A stretch of 64,000 nucleotides of DNA from Alphaproteobacteria bacterium. GTDB lineage: Bacteria > Pseudomonadota > Alphaproteobacteria > JABAAW01. A program made the position numbers and the translations under genes. The notes under the pieces were generated by a model. That model saw only the letters and a program-made list of their open reading frames with translations. It was not told the origin of the DNA and made no database searches. Shown here piece by piece: positions 19,020 through 29,685 of the stretch. The stretch lies in contig OZ244186.1 of the NCBI GenBank assembly GCA_965216625.1, forward strand, positions 3,594 to 67,593, read 5' to 3'. Position 1 is the stretch's first letter. Every line of letters starts with the position of its first letter.

Positions 19020-19694
19020 CTATTTCTTCTCTTCTTCTTTCTCTTCTTCCTTCGCTTCCTCGACCGCTTCCTCCGTCTCGGTCTCCGTCGTCTCCTCGTC
19101 TTCCTGCGCAACCTTCGGCGTCGCAATCGTCGCAATCGTGAAATCTCGATCCTGTATCGCAAGCTTCACCCCCTCAGGTAAAACTAACTGACTAGCATGC
19201 AACGAATCACCAATGTCCGCATCAACAATATCTAACTCCATATCCTTAGGAATGCTCTGCGCCCGACAAAGTAACGCGATCTCATGACGCACAACATTCA
19301 AAATGCCGCCGCGCTTCAATCCCTTGCAAGTATCCTGATTCAAAAACTTTACTGGAACATCAACACGCAACTCCGAACGATCCGTCACACGCTGGAAATC
19401 AACATGGATAGCGACATCTCGAACAGGATCAAACTGAATATCCCGTATCAAAACTTGCTCCTCAGAACTTTTGTCCCCCTTGTCCATCGCCTCGCCAAAA
19501 GACAAGGCGTAGACCGTAAGAAAAATTCGACCCTTCGCCAACTGCTTGGCAACCTCGCGCTGCGCAACACGCAAAGAACGAACCTCCTTCCCGCCGCCAT
19601 ACAAAACCGCAGGCACAAAGCCGCTCCGCCGCAAGGCGCGCGAAGAACCCCTGCCGCAAGAATCTCGCTTCTCTACTTTTAAAATCTCGGACAT
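19020..19694 (-). CDS. rplY: 50S ribosomal protein L25 / general stress protein Ctc.
   Basis: MSEILKVEKRDSCGRGSSRALRRSGFVPAVLYGG, followed by an acidic C-terminal tail EDEETTETETEEAVEEAKEEEKEEEKK. Confidence 0.8.
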   Translation of the reverse strand: MSEILKVEKRDSCGRGSSRALRRSGFVPAVLYGGGKEVRSLRVAQREVAKQLAKGRIFLTVYALSFGEAMDKGDKSSEEQVLIRDIQFDPVRDVAIHVDFQRVTDRSELRVDVPVKFLNQDTCKGLKRGGILNVVRHEIALLCRAQSIPKDMELDIVDADIGDSLHASQLVLPEGVKLAIQDRDFTIATIATPKVAQEDEETTETETEEAVEEAKEEEKEEEKK

Positions 19695-19727
19695 AACAGC
19701 TGCCTTATCCTCCTCATCCTCTATCGC

Positions 19728-20660
19728 TTACATGAATAATTTGGAGATGGATTTCTCCCCGCCAATGCTGCTGACAGCCTTGGCAAACAACGGGGCAACG
19801 CTCACAAGACGAACCTTGCCCCGCGCCTCGTTCTTGATACTATCGGTTATCACAATCTCGTCAAGCGAAGAATTTTCAATGCGCGCTCTCGCCTCGCCCG
19901 ACAAAACACCGTGCGAAATGCTCGCCGAAACAGAACGCGCCTGCCGCTCCAACAAGGCATCCGTCGCCTGACACAAGGTGCCCGCCGTATCGACGATGTC
20001 GTCGATCAGAAGACAATCGAAGCCTTTAACCTCTCCGATCACATGCATAACCGAAGACTGCCCCTTCGCATCTCGACGCTTGTCGATCACCGCCAAACCA
20101 CAACTCAACCGCTTCGCTAAAAGCCGCGCGCGCACAAGTCCTCCGACATCCGGAGAAACAACTAACGGATTCAGATCTTTGCACGTCATCCGATCCTGAA
20201 TGTCCCGAACAAAAACAGGCGCAGCAAACAGATTGTCCGTAGGAATATCGAAAAAGCCCTGAATCTGCGCGGCGTGCAAATCCATCGTCAGAACACGCGA
20301 AGCTCCCGCCGCCTCGATCAGGTTCGCCGTCAGCTTTGCCGAGATCGGCGTGCGAGGTCCCGTCTTGCGATCCTGGCGAGCATAGCCATAGTAAGGAATC
20401 ACCGCCGTGATCCGTCGTGCCGAGCTCCGTCGCAAGGTGTCGATTATGATCAACAACTCCATCAAGGTGTCGTTCGCAGGCGACGAGGTGGGCTGGACAA
20501 CGAAGACATCCTCGCCGCGAAGATTCTCGCATACCTCGACGAAGATCTCGCCGTCGCCGAATCGCCTGATCTCGCACTCCACCAACGGCATGCCGAGACA
20601 ATCGGCAATGTCATGCGCCAAGGCAGGATTCGCCGTCCCTCCCAAAATTTTTATCGACAT
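19728..20660 (-). CDS. prs: Ribose-phosphate pyrophosphokinase.
   Basis: The internal Met gives [26 protein letters not shown], and PRPP-binding DIVDTAGTL is present. The ORF track begins 19 codons upstream. Confidence 0.9.
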   Translation of the reverse strand: MSIKILGGTANPALAHDIADCLGMPLVECEIRRFGDGEIFVEVCENLRGEDVFVVQPTSSPANDTLMELLIIIDTLRRSSARRITAVIPYYGYARQDRKTGPRTPISAKLTANLIEAAGASRVLTMDLHAAQIQGFFDIPTDNLFAAPVFVRDIQDRMTCKDLNPLVVSPDVGGLVRARLLAKRLSCGLAVIDKRRDAKGQSSVMHVIGEVKGFDCLLIDDIVDTAGTLCQATDALLERQARSVSASISHGVLSGEARARIENSSLDEIVITDSIKNEARGKVRLVSVAPLFAKAVSSIGGEKSISKLFM

Positions 20661-20682
20661 CGATCGAAAAACCCCCTCTCCC

Positions 20683-22401
20683 TCACCCTCGTGCGTCCTC
20701 ATCTTTGAGCTTGCCATCGCCCTTGCCCTCGCCCTCGTATTGAGCGCGCCTTGCCCATGCCGCGTTGAAGGCAGAAACTAACGCCATCAACGAGGAGACG
20801 ATCACATTCGTGTGCAATCCTACGCCAAAGATTTGCTCGCCCTCTGCGCCCGTCAGCGCGATGTAGCTCGCGCCCTGAGCGTCTGCTCCTTGAGTGATTG
20901 CATGCTGGTGGTAGTCGAGCAAGCGCAAGGACAAGCCCGTCATCTTCAACAAGGAAGTCATCGCTGCGTCGATGGGCCCGTTTCCCACGCTTTCCAAAAC
21001 TTGCTGCTCGCCCTTTAGCGATACGGTCAGAGAAAGATGACGCTGCTCTTCGTGTGTATCGCGGCTGCGGTGCGCGATGTAACGCATTGGATGGTCTGGG
21101 TTCATGTACATCTTTTCGAACAATGCAAACAGCGCGTCGGAGGCTATTTCGCCGCCCTGCTTGTCGGCGTGCTTTTGCACCTCGTTGCTGAATGCGATCT
21201 GCAAAGGACGCGGCAAATCGAAGCCGTAGTCGTTCTTCATCACATAGGCGATTCCGCCCTTGCCCGACTGGCTGTTGATGCGAATCAACGCCTGATAGTT
21301 GCGACCGATGTCCTGCGGATCGATCGGAAGATACGGCACATCCCACGCCAAGGCGTTGCTTTTGCGCATCGCGGTGAAGCCTTTGGCAATCGCATCCTGA
21401 TGCGATCCCGAAAAGGCGGTGAACACCAAATCGCCCGCGTACGGATGACGCGCTCCGACAGGAATCTGCGTGCAATACTCGGAGAGCCTGCGGAGGCGGT
21501 TGATGTCGGAAATCTTCAGACGAGGATCGACTCCCTGCGTCAGCATGTTCAACGCCAGCGTGATCACATCTACATTGCCCGTGCGCTCGCCGTTGCCGAA
21601 AAGCGTGCCTTCGATTCGCTCCGCCCCCGCCATCAGTCCCAGCTCGCTGGCAGCGACCGCGGTGCCGCGATCGTTGTGGGGGTGCAGGCTGACGACGATG
21701 CTCTCGCGGCGCGAAAAGTTGCGACAAAAATGCTCGATCGTATCCGCATAGAGATTCGGCGTCGAGAGCTCTACCGTCGCAGGAAGATTGATAATCAGCT
21801 TCCGCGAAGCATCAGGCTCGAAGATATCCGCAACCGCCTCGCAGATCTCAAGCGCAAAGTCCTGCTCGGTCGCCGTGTAACTCTCAGGAGAATACTGATA
21901 GACGATCTCTGTTTCGCTCTGCTGTTCGGCAAGGCGACGAATATGCTCCGCTCCCTTGCGCGCGATGTCGATGACGCCCGCACGATCTTGCTGGAATACG
22001 ACGCGACGCTGCGTCTCGGAAGTTGAATTGTAAAAGTGCACGATGGCTCGCTTTGCGCCGCGAATCGCCTCGAAGCTGCGCTCGATCAAGGCAGCGCGCG
22101 CCTGCGTTAAAATTTGAATTGTCACTCCCTCGTCGATCATGTCCTGTTCGATCAGCTGGCGCGTGAAGTTGAAATCGGTCTGCGACGCTGCGGGAAAGCC
22201 TACCTCGATCTCCTTGAAGCCCATCGACTGCAGCTCGTCGAACATGCGCGTTTTGCGCTCGCTGCCCATCGGCTCGATCAGCGCCTGATTGCCGTCGCGC
22301 AGATCAACGCTGCACCACACGGGTGACTGCGTGATGCGACGTTCGGGCCAGCGGCGATCGGGCAAAGGCGTGGCAGGGAAAGGGCGATATTTTGACGACA
22401 T
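20683..22401 (-). CDS. leuA: 2-isopropylmalate synthase (long LeuA-type form, about 573 aa).
   Basis: [41 protein letters not shown] and the [11 protein letters not shown] motif. The start was verified at 22401; the ORF-track N-terminal 144 aa is upstream read-through. Confidence 0.85.
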   Translation of the reverse strand: MSSKYRPFPATPLPDRRWPERRITQSPVWCSVDLRDGNQALIEPMGSERKTRMFDELQSMGFKEIEVGFPAASQTDFNFTRQLIEQDMIDEGVTIQILTQARAALIERSFEAIRGAKRAIVHFYNSTSETQRRVVFQQDRAGVIDIARKGAEHIRRLAEQQSETEIVYQYSPESYTATEQDFALEICEAVADIFEPDASRKLIINLPATVELSTPNLYADTIEHFCRNFSRRESIVVSLHPHNDRGTAVAASELGLMAGAERIEGTLFGNGERTGNVDVITLALNMLTQGVDPRLKISDINRLRRLSEYCTQIPVGARHPYAGDLVFTAFSGSHQDAIAKGFTAMRKSNALAWDVPYLPIDPQDIGRNYQALIRINSQSGKGGIAYVMKNDYGFDLPRPLQIAFSNEVQKHADKQGGEIASDALFALFEKMYMNPDHPMRYIAHRSRDTHEEQRHLSLTVSLKGEQQVLESVGNGPIDAAMTSLLKMTGLSLRLLDYHQHAITQGADAQGASYIALTGAEGEQIFGVGLHTNVIVSSLMALVSAFNAAWARRAQYEGEGKGDGKLKDEDARG

Positions 22402-22412
22402 AGCTTCTCTTT

Positions 22413-22859
22413 TTACCCCAAGCCCAGCTCGACGAGCATTTCGTTCATCTCGCGGTCTTCGTCCAGCTCGCTCGTTGCGTGTTCGTCGTACAGATCGCGC
22501 GGCGCGTCCTCCTCGGTCAAGTAGCGCCAGCCCTGGAAGGGACGATGCTTTTGCGCAACGACAGGCATCAGCTGCGGCGAGAGCCAAATACGGCACATCG
22601 TCATGCCTCTCTCGTCTCGGATCGACGAGAAGTCGGTAATCGTTTGGCGCACGGAAAATCCCCCGCGGATGATCCAGTACAGCGATCCTTCGATCTTGAT
22701 TCGATTCGCCAGTTTCGGCAAGGCGCGCGTGTCGTGCCACACCTTGTTCTTTCCCATTCCTCGCTCGCTTGCCCAGCGCATGCGCGCACGTTGCCATCGC
22801 GCCAGCTCCTGTCGGGAGAAGCAACCCACGCACAGCTTTTTTATGTGAACGCGTTCCAT
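22413..22859 (-). CDS. Conserved hypothetical protein, DUF1489-like.
   Basis: MERVHIKKLCVGC...GSLYWIIRGGFSVRQ...RPFQGWRYLTEEDAPRDL matches the alphaproteobacterial DUF1489 pattern, recalled from memory. It sits 11 nt upstream of leuA. Confidence 0.5.
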   Translation of the reverse strand: MERVHIKKLCVGCFSRQELARWQRARMRWASERGMGKNKVWHDTRALPKLANRIKIEGSLYWIIRGGFSVRQTITDFSSIRDERGMTMCRIWLSPQLMPVVAQKHRPFQGWRYLTEEDAPRDLYDEHATSELDEDREMNEMLVELGLG

Positions 22860-23028
22860 GATTATTTTAGAATCTAGCCTCTCTTTTTTTGTTTTGCAAC
22901 GCGCATTTTCGGCGTTGAAAAACTTGTCCATTTCTCCTATAGGTTCATCGATAACCCTTGAAGAGATTTTTGTGCAGCAAGCTTCCCCCACTTCCTCCAT
23001 CGAACCGCAGGACGCGGAACGCGAGAGC

Positions 23029-24654
23029 ATGGAGTTCGATGTGCTTGTCGTTGGCGGTGGTCCTGCGGGACTTTCGACGGCGATTCGCCTGAAGCAGCGT
23101 GCGCGTGAGGCGGGCGAGGAGCTTTCGGTATGCCTGTTGGAGAAGGGGGCGACGATCGGCGCACATATTCTCTCAGGTGCGGTCTTCGAGCCGCGTGCGC
23201 TCGACGAGCTTCTGCCCGCGTGGAGAGAGGCGAGCGACCTGCCCTTGATGACCCCTGCGCGGCGCGATCGGTTTCGCTTTCTGACCGAGCGCTACGCGTT
23301 GCCTCTGCCGACGCCACCTGCTATGCACAACAAGGGCAACTATATCGTCAGTTTGGGCGAGCTCTGTCGGTGGCTTGCGGAAAAAGCCGAGGGTTTGGGG
23401 GTCGATATTTTTCCTGGCTTTGCCGCCGTTGCGCCGCACTTCGACGAGGACGGCGCGCTCGACGGAGTCCTGACCGGCGACATGGGGATCGGCAAGAACT
23501 TGGAGCGCACTTCCAACCACCAACAAGGCTTGCTGCTGCGCGCTCGACAGACCGTCTTGGCAGAGGGTTGCAGAGGTTCGTTGGGCAAGACGCTGATCGC
23601 GCGTTTCAACCTCGACGAAAACTGCCAACCCCAAACATACGGCATCGGGCTCAAAGAGCTGTGGGAAGTGCCTACGCGCGGGCGAGGATCGGAGAATGCC
23701 AGCGGCGACATCCTCCACACGATTGGTTGGCCGTTGTCGCGTAAAACTTACGGCGGTTCCTTCCTCTACCACCTCAAGGACGAGCTCGTCTCCGTGGGCT
23801 TTGTCGTCGGGCTTGATTACGACAACCCCTACCTCTCTCCCTACGACGAGTTTCAGCGTTTCAAGCATCATCCCTCGATCGCAAAAATTCTGGCGGGCGG
23901 TCGCCGAATCGCCTACGGCGCGCGCGCGCTCAACGAGGGTGGTGCGCAGTCTGTGCCGCGCGTGCATTTTCCTGGTGGACTGTTGGTGGGTTGCGAGGCG
24001 GGCTTCATGAATGTTCCGAAAATCAAAGGCAGCCATAACGCCATGAAAAGCGGGATGCTCGCCGCGGACGCCATCTTTGATCAGCGTAAGGACGCAGGCA
24101 GCAAGGAGATCAAAGCCTACGGCGAGCGTCTTCGCAAGAGCTGGATTAGCAAAGAGCTGCATCGCGTACGCAACATCCGCCCTGCCTTCCGCTTCGGCTT
24201 GTGGTGGGGGTTGCTGTACGCTGCCTTCGACACCTACATTCTCAGAGGACGCGCGCCGTGGACTTTTCGTCACAGAAGCGACCACAAGCATTTGCTTTCT
24301 CGAACGCGCGCCCGTCCGATCGTCTATCCGAAACCCGATGGCATCCTCAGCTTTGACTTGTTGACGAACCTCTCTTTTTCGGGCGTGTATCACGAGGAAA
24401 ACCAACCTGCTCACCTGCTGCTGAAGCAGCCTTCGCTCGCTATCAGTCGAGGTGCCGAGCATTACGCCTCCCCTGAGACGCGCTATTGTCCTGCGGGTGT
24501 TTATGAGATCGTCGAGGAAGCGCGGGGGTTGCGCTTGCAGATCAACGCGCAAAACTGCCTTCATTGCAAGACTTGTGATATCAAGGATCCTATGCAGAAT
24601 ATCGACTGGACTCCGCCTGAGGGCGGCGGCGGTCCGAACTACGAAAGGATGTGA
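23029..24654 (+). CDS. etfD: Electron-transfer flavoprotein:ubiquinone oxidoreductase (ETF-QO).
   Basis: ERESMEFDVLVVGGGPAGLSTAI Rossmann motif; C-terminal 4Fe-4S RYCPAGVYEI...CLHCKTCDIKDP. Alternative starts are the GTG at 22972 and the ATG at 22858. Confidence 0.85.
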   Translation: MEFDVLVVGGGPAGLSTAIRLKQRAREAGEELSVCLLEKGATIGAHILSGAVFEPRALDELLPAWREASDLPLMTPARRDRFRFLTERYALPLPTPPAMHNKGNYIVSLGELCRWLAEKAEGLGVDIFPGFAAVAPHFDEDGALDGVLTGDMGIGKNLERTSNHQQGLLLRARQTVLAEGCRGSLGKTLIARFNLDENCQPQTYGIGLKELWEVPTRGRGSENASGDILHTIGWPLSRKTYGGSFLYHLKDELVSVGFVVGLDYDNPYLSPYDEFQRFKHHPSIAKILAGGRRIAYGARALNEGGAQSVPRVHFPGGLLVGCEAGFMNVPKIKGSHNAMKSGMLAADAIFDQRKDAGSKEIKAYGERLRKSWISKELHRVRNIRPAFRFGLWWGLLYAAFDTYILRGRAPWTFRHRSDHKHLLSRTRARPIVYPKPDGILSFDLLTNLSFSGVYHEENQPAHLLLKQPSLAISRGAEHYASPETRYCPAGVYEIVEEARGLRLQINAQNCLHCKTCDIKDPMQNIDWTPPEGGGGPNYERM

Positions 24655-24752
24655 TTGCCATGAACGCGAAAGCCGACAGGCACTCCTTCCCGCACGCCAA
24701 TCCGCACGTTTTGAAAGGCGCGCCTTCTACCGCGCGGGTTGCGCGTGTGAGT

Positions 24753-25382
24753 ATGGTGGAGAGTCAGCTGCGTCCGAATCGTATTTCTGACGAACGCATT
24801 CTTGCGGCGATGGGCTCGTTGTCGCGCGAGATTTTTCTGCCTGCCGAGTTGCGGCACTTGAGTTATAGCGATGCGACGCTCGAAGTTCAAAGGGGGAGGT
24901 TTTTACTTTCTCCTTTGTTGACGGCGCGTCTTTTGCAAGCAGCCGAAATCGAGAAGGGGGAGACGGTTCTTGTCGTCGCGGGAGGCAGCGCTTACCTTGC
25001 TGCTGTTGCCGAGCGGTTGAAGACGACCGTCTTTCTGCTCGATCGCAAAGAGAATTTTCTTACCGATCTCGACACTGCCATTCTTGACTTGCGCCTTGAC
25101 GGCTGCGTCTGCCTTTACGGCGATCCGCGCGAGGGATGGAAGCAGGATGCTCCGTATCGTTCGATTGTCATCGACGGCGCTGTCGAGTGGGTACCTGAGG
25201 CGCTTTTTCAACAGCTGGAGGTGGGCGGCACGCTCACGGCGTTGCGCATGCAGGAGGACGAGACGGGCGAGATCGTGCGTTGGCGTAAGGAGGAGGGGGG
25301 AGGGCTTGTTTGCGAATCGCTTTTCGATGCGAGCGCGCCGCTGCTTGCGGAGTTTGCTAAAGACGAAACTTTTGTCTTGTGA
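24753..25382 (+). CDS. pcm: Protein-L-isoaspartate O-methyltransferase family protein with a degenerate SAM motif.
   Basis: MVESQLRPNRISDERILAAMGSLSREIFLPAELRHLSYSDATL matches PCMT family N-termini. Motif I reads VVAGGSAY rather than GTGSGY. Confidence 0.6.
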   Translation: MVESQLRPNRISDERILAAMGSLSREIFLPAELRHLSYSDATLEVQRGRFLLSPLLTARLLQAAEIEKGETVLVVAGGSAYLAAVAERLKTTVFLLDRKENFLTDLDTAILDLRLDGCVCLYGDPREGWKQDAPYRSIVIDGAVEWVPEALFQQLEVGGTLTALRMQEDETGEIVRWRKEEGGGLVCESLFDASAPLLAEFAKDETFVL

Positions 25383-25454
25383 CTGCGAATAGGCGACGGG
25401 CTTTGGGTATTGAGTAGGGGGCGGGATAATTTAGGAAATTACATACTTGCCACT

Positions 25455-25600
25455 CCATATTTTTTCTTGCTGATAGAAAGAAAATTTTGTCGGCGCGGGA
25501 GATGTTTATAGGATGCATGTAATCGTGCCATGGCACTTGGCGGAATTAAAACATGCGCATAGGCACGATGATAGGCAGTATTGTCTGCCAAGTTTGGGAT
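25455..25600. repeat. Intergenic repeat of family 2, with a second copy at 62150-62257. Possible small RNA or regulatory element.
   Basis: Shared core tgtcggcgcgggagatgtttata.gatgcatgtaatcgt..catggcacttggc. A 32-nt segment cataggca..gataggcagtat..tctgcc is in opposite orientation in the two copies. Confidence 0.6.
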
Positions 25601-25667
25601 AGATTCCCCTGCCATGACTTGGATGCATGCATCATACGAACGTAAAACAAACGCGCGCGCCGCGTTT

Positions 25668-26336
25668 CTATTTTTTTTCTTTTGCGGACTTAATCGCCTT
25701 CTCAATGGCCTCGGCTACCTGCTTTACGCTATCCGTGCCTTTGATCTCTGTCAGCAGCTTTTTCTTCTCGTAGTAAGGCACGATCGGCGCGGTCTGTCGC
25801 CGAAACACCTCCAATCGCCGCGTGAGGGTTTTCGCCGTGTCGTCCTCGCGTTGTATCAAGGCCGTTCCGCAAGCATCACAAACGCCCTCCTTCTTCGGCG
25901 GCTGCGTCGTCAGGTGATAGCCCACACGGCATTTAGGACAAGAACGCCGCCCCTCGATACGCGAAACGACCGCCTTCTCATCGACCGTCAGTAGAATGAT
26001 CGCATCCAGTTTCTTATCCTTTTTTGCCAACAAGTCGTCGAGCTGCCGTACCTGTTCTTCAGTGCGCGGAAAACCATCCAAAATAAATCCCTTCTCGTAG
26101 CAAGGTTTTTGCAACTCTTCCTCCAACAGCAAGAGCATCAGGTTGTCCGGAATCAATCTGCCTTCCGCCATGATCGCACATAGACGCTCGATATGCGGTT
26201 GGTCAGGCGTCATCTGTTCGGCGAGCCGCCGCAACATATCTCCCGTCGACAGCCAAGTCCAGCCGTGCTTTTTTTGCAAGAGCTCAGCCTGCGTCCCCTT
26301 GCCCGCCCCCGGCGCTCCGAGTAGCAGAAGGTTCAT
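25668..26336 (-). CDS. adk: Adenylate kinase (long form with a Zn-lid).
   Basis: P-loop LLGAPGAGKGTQ, a CPKCRVGYH...CDACG lid, and a position directly after secY. Confidence 0.9.
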   Translation of the reverse strand: MNLLLLGAPGAGKGTQAELLQKKHGWTWLSTGDMLRRLAEQMTPDQPHIERLCAIMAEGRLIPDNLMLLLLEEELQKPCYEKGFILDGFPRTEEQVRQLDDLLAKKDKKLDAIILLTVDEKAVVSRIEGRRSCPKCRVGYHLTTQPPKKEGVCDACGTALIQREDDTAKTLTRRLEVFRRQTAPIVPYYEKKKLLTEIKGTDSVKQVAEAIEKAIKSAKEKK

Positions 26337-27670
26337 CGTCGCAACTTATGGAAGCCCGAACGCCGCATCAGATTTTCGTAGCGATAGGACATCAGATGCC
26401 CCTGAATCTGCGCCACCGTATCCATCGTGACCGAAACGACGATCAACAGAGAAGTGCCGCCGAAGTAAAAGGGAACCGCAAAACGAGAAATCAGAATCTC
26501 AGGCAATAACGAAACCGCAACAAGATACAATCCTCCGAAGACCGTCAGACGCGTCAGGACGAAGTCCAAGTAGTCCGCCGTGTGCGCACCAGGGCGGATG
26601 CCCTGAATGATGCCGCCCTGCTTGCGAAGGTTTTCTGCCGTGTCTTGCGGATTGAAGACGATCGCCGTGTAGAAAAAAGCGAAGAACAGAATCAACGCGC
26701 TGTACAGAATCAAAAACATCGGCTGTCCGCGTCCCAGCGTTGCCGCGAGCAACGATAAAACACCGCCCTGATCGTCGCCGAGATTGAGGTTGGCAAAGGT
26801 CAATGGCATGAGCAGAATCGAACTCGCAAAGATGGGCGGAATCACGCCTGAAGTGTTCAGCTTCAAGGGCAGATGCGTCGATTCGCCGCCCGTCATGCGC
26901 GCTCCGCGTTGTCGCTTCGGATAATGCACGACCAGCCTCCGCTGCGCCCGCTCGACGAAAACGATCACGACGATCACAGCGACGATCATCACCGCCAACA
27001 GCAACAAGAACGCCGTCGACAAAGCACCCGTACGCCCCAGCTCCAGCGTGCCTGCCAGCGCGATCGGCAAGTTTGCAACGATTCCCGAAAAGATAATCAG
27101 CGAGATTCCGTTGCCAACCCCTCGTTGAGTGATCTGCTCTCCCAGCCACATGAGAAACATCGTTCCCCCGACGATGCTCACGACCGTCGAGACGCGGAAA
27201 AAGGCGCCTGGCTCCAACACGACTCCGCCGCTGCTCTCCAAGCCGACGGCGATGCCGTAGCCCTGCAACGCCGCCAAAAGGACGGTGCCGTAGCGCGTAT
27301 ACTGCGTGATTTTGCGTCTCCCCGCTTCCCCCTCCTTCTTCAGCTGCTCTAACGAAGGAACGGACGCCGCCAACAACTGCATGATAATCGAGGCAGAAAT
27401 ATACGGCAGAATGTTCAACGCAAAAACCGTCATGCGACTCAAAGCGCCGCCCGAAAACATGTTGAACATACCTAATATGCCGCCCTGTTGCTGATCGAAC
27501 AGCTCCTTCAACGCAATAGGATCGATGCCAGGCAACGGGATGTAAGTGCCAAGTCGATAGACAATCAGCGCGCCCAGCGTAAACCAAAGACGTTTCTTTA
27601 AATCTGTCGCCTGTCCGAAACTCGCAAACGCGCGTTCTGCAAAGCGTCGTTGGTCGACAACGCTCGTCAT
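26333..27670 (-). CDS. secY: Preprotein translocase subunit SecY.
   Basis: 445 aa with 10 TM segments, typical SecY motifs, and a position after rplO. Confidence 0.9.
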   Translation of the reverse strand: MTSVVDQRRFAERAFASFGQATDLKKRLWFTLGALIVYRLGTYIPLPGIDPIALKELFDQQQGGILGMFNMFSGGALSRMTVFALNILPYISASIIMQLLAASVPSLEQLKKEGEAGRRKITQYTRYGTVLLAALQGYGIAVGLESSGGVVLEPGAFFRVSTVVSIVGGTMFLMWLGEQITQRGVGNGISLIIFSGIVANLPIALAGTLELGRTGALSTAFLLLLAVMIVAVIVVIVFVERAQRRLVVHYPKRQRGARMTGGESTHLPLKLNTSGVIPPIFASSILLMPLTFANLNLGDDQGGVLSLLAATLGRGQPMFLILYSALILFFAFFYTAIVFNPQDTAENLRKQGGIIQGIRPGAHTADYLDFVLTRLTVFGGLYLVAVSLLPEILISRFAVPFYFGGTSLLIVVSVTMDTVAQIQGHLMSYRYENLMRRSGFHKLRR

Positions 27671-27671
27671 A

Positions 27672-28376
27672 TCAAGAGGCAGACTCGGACGAAGCAGACG
27701 CGGATGAAGAAAGCGCTGCGCCTTTTAAGGCAGCCTTCCGAGCAGCCTTTTTGCCAACCTTGTCGCCAACCCCCTTGGGGACAACCCTTCTGCTCGCCGT
27801 TTTGTTTTTCCTCTCCTGATTGTTCTTTTGGTTCGATGCGCGTTTGATCTTGCGCCAGTGCATAGCCGTTTGTTCTTCGCCTTGTTGAAGAGGCTGCTCT
27901 TTCGCGGGTTTTTTGTGATCGAAGGGTTGCAAGCGCACCTCGCCGCCTTGCGCTTCCACAGCAGCGCGCGCGGCGGGAGAAGTCGCTGCGATCTCCAAGA
28001 CAACCTTAGTCGAGAGCACTCCCTTGCCGAGCAAGCGTACAGGCAGGTCGCGGCGCACCAGTCCTGCGTCTAGCAACAAGTCGGGCGTGATCGGCGCATC
28101 GGCGGCAAGTTTTTTGTCATCGAGCGCGCGTTGCAGCGTGCCGAGGTTGACGACAGCCCAAATTTTGCGAAACGGATTGCTGAAGCCTCTTTTCGGCACA
28201 CGGCGGAAGATGGGCATTTGTCCGCCCTCGAAGCCCTTGATCGCAACGCCTGAGCGCGACTTCTGCCCCTTGTGACCGCGTCCGCCCGTCTTGCCCAATC
28301 CTGAGCCGATGCCGCGCCCGCGCCGTTTGCGAGCGTGGCGTGCACCTTTGTTGTCCGAAAGTTCGTTCAGCTTCAC
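27672..28376 (-). CDS. rplO: 50S ribosomal protein L15 with an 80-aa K/A-rich C-terminal extension.
   Basis: L15 core [43 protein letters not shown], then the extension ...KPAKEQP...[25 protein letters not shown]. Confidence 0.8.
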   Translation of the reverse strand: MKLNELSDNKGARHARKRRGRGIGSGLGKTGGRGHKGQKSRSGVAIKGFEGGQMPIFRRVPKRGFSNPFRKIWAVVNLGTLQRALDDKKLAADAPITPDLLLDAGLVRRDLPVRLLGKGVLSTKVVLEIAATSPAARAAVEAQGGEVRLQPFDHKKPAKEQPLQQGEEQTAMHWRKIKRASNQKNNQERKNKTASRRVVPKGVGDKVGKKAARKAALKGAALSSSASASSESAS

Positions 28377-28382
28377 GAGACC

Positions 28383-28604
28383 CTATGCCTCCGTCTCTAA
28401 TGTTTCTACTAGGTGAGCAACCTTGGCGATCATGCCACGCACCGAGGGGGTGTCGGGCAGCTCGCGCACACGATTCATCGGCCCCAACCCCAAGGCTTTC
28501 AAGGTCGCCTTCTGACGTTCAGGACGGCGAATCGCACTACGCACCCGCCTCACGCGCAACACGGCGCAAGGCTTTTTCGTATCGCTCTTTTTCTTTTGCG
28601 TCAT
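28383..28604 (-). CDS. rpmD: 50S ribosomal protein L30.
   Basis: 73 aa. [25 protein letters not shown]. Confidence 0.75.
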   Translation of the reverse strand: MTQKKKSDTKKPCAVLRVRRVRSAIRRPERQKATLKALGLGPMNRVRELPDTPSVRGMIAKVAHLVETLETEA

Positions 28605-29251
28605 CAGTTTTTCTCCTGTTTGTCGGGTTTTTGTCCTGCTTGAGAATCTTCTGGAATCGCGGGGTTTTCTTGTTCTACTTCGTCAAAGTCTGCGTCTTCG
28701 TCTGCACTCGCCTTGCTTCGGATGAGGTTTCGGTCGCGCACGATATCCGAGACCTTCTTGCCGCGCCGTTGCGCGATGTGCCTCGGCGATGAGGAGCGCG
28801 ACAAGCCGTCGAGCGCCGCCTTGATCATATTGTGTGGGTTGGAAGATCCGATCGACTTGGCGACGACATCCGAGACGCCCAAAGCCTCGAAGACGGCGCG
28901 CACAGGTCCGCCCGCGATGATGCCTGTGCCAGGAGGAGCGCTGCGCATCAACACGATTCCTCTGCCGAATTTTCCCAAGATGTCATGATGCAAAGTGCGT
29001 CCCTCGCGCAGAGGAATACGCAGCAGCTTTTTGCGCGCGTGCGCCGACGCTTTGCGAATCGCCTCAGGCACCTCGCGCGCTTTGTTCGAGCCAATGCCGA
29101 CGCGACCCTGTCCGTCGCCGACCACGACCAGCGCGGCAAAGCCGAAACGTCGCCCCCCCTTGACAACCTTGGCGACGCGATTGATCGAAACGAGTTTCTC
29201 GATCAGGTCGTTCTCTTCGCCCTTGTTCTTGCTCTCTCGGTTGTAGCTCAT
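28604..29251 (-). CDS. rpsE: 30S ribosomal protein S5 (with a 45-aa acidic C-terminal extension).
   Basis: S5 core [32 protein letters not shown] begins at MSYNRE (start verified at 29251). The ORF-track upstream 123 aa is read-through. Confidence 0.85.
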   Translation of the reverse strand: MSYNRESKNKGEENDLIEKLVSINRVAKVVKGGRRFGFAALVVVGDGQGRVGIGSNKAREVPEAIRKASAHARKKLLRIPLREGRTLHHDILGKFGRGIVLMRSAPPGTGIIAGGPVRAVFEALGVSDVVAKSIGSSNPHNMIKAALDGLSRSSSPRHIAQRRGKKVSDIVRDRNLIRSKASADEDADFDEVEQENPAIPEDSQAGQKPDKQEKN

Positions 29252-29280
29252 CGTTTGTGTGTCCTTGTTCTTGTCGTTGC

Positions 29281-29685
29281 CTAGAACAGCAGTCCCTTGT
29301 CGCGCGCACCTTCCGCCAGCGCACGCACTCTGCCGTGATACTGGTAGCCGCCGCAATCGAAGGCGACACGCTCGACCTTGAGCTTCAACGCACGCTCGGC
29401 AAGAACCTCGCCTACGCGTCGCGCGAGGGCACAGCCGTCGCTCTCGCTCGCCTTGTCTCCTTTCGTGCGTGCGTCTTTTTTGCCTGCTTCTTTCCCGCCA
29501 ATCTCTTTTTCCAAGCTCGTCGCCGAAACAAGCGTCCCGTGCTTGCCATCGTCGATGATATGCGCGTAGATCTGACGCTGCGAGCGAAAAACCGAAAGGC
29601 GCAAACGTCCCTCCGCGCAAACGGCGCGCAACCGCCGCCGCTTACGTTGTTGCCTGCGCACAAAAGCTTGGCGTGTCGTGCTCAC
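29281..29685 (-). CDS. rplR: 50S ribosomal protein L18.
   Basis: [35 protein letters not shown]. Confidence 0.85.
   Translation of the reverse strand: MSTTRQAFVRRQQRKRRRLRAVCAEGRLRLSVFRSQRQIYAHIIDDGKHGTLVSATSLEKEIGGKEAGKKDARTKGDKASESDGCALARRVGEVLAERALKLKVERVAFDCGGYQYHGRVRALAEGARDKGLLF

Noticed and set aside
25439-25705. 88-aa and 99-aa small ORFs (25439..25705 and 62114..62413) that share a PSAM.RLHASYKHLPRRQ peptide.
   Set aside because: The similarity derives from the family-2 DNA repeat. Both are intergenic and antisense to local transcription, so they are more plausibly a non-coding element than a small-protein family. This would need ribosome profiling to overturn.
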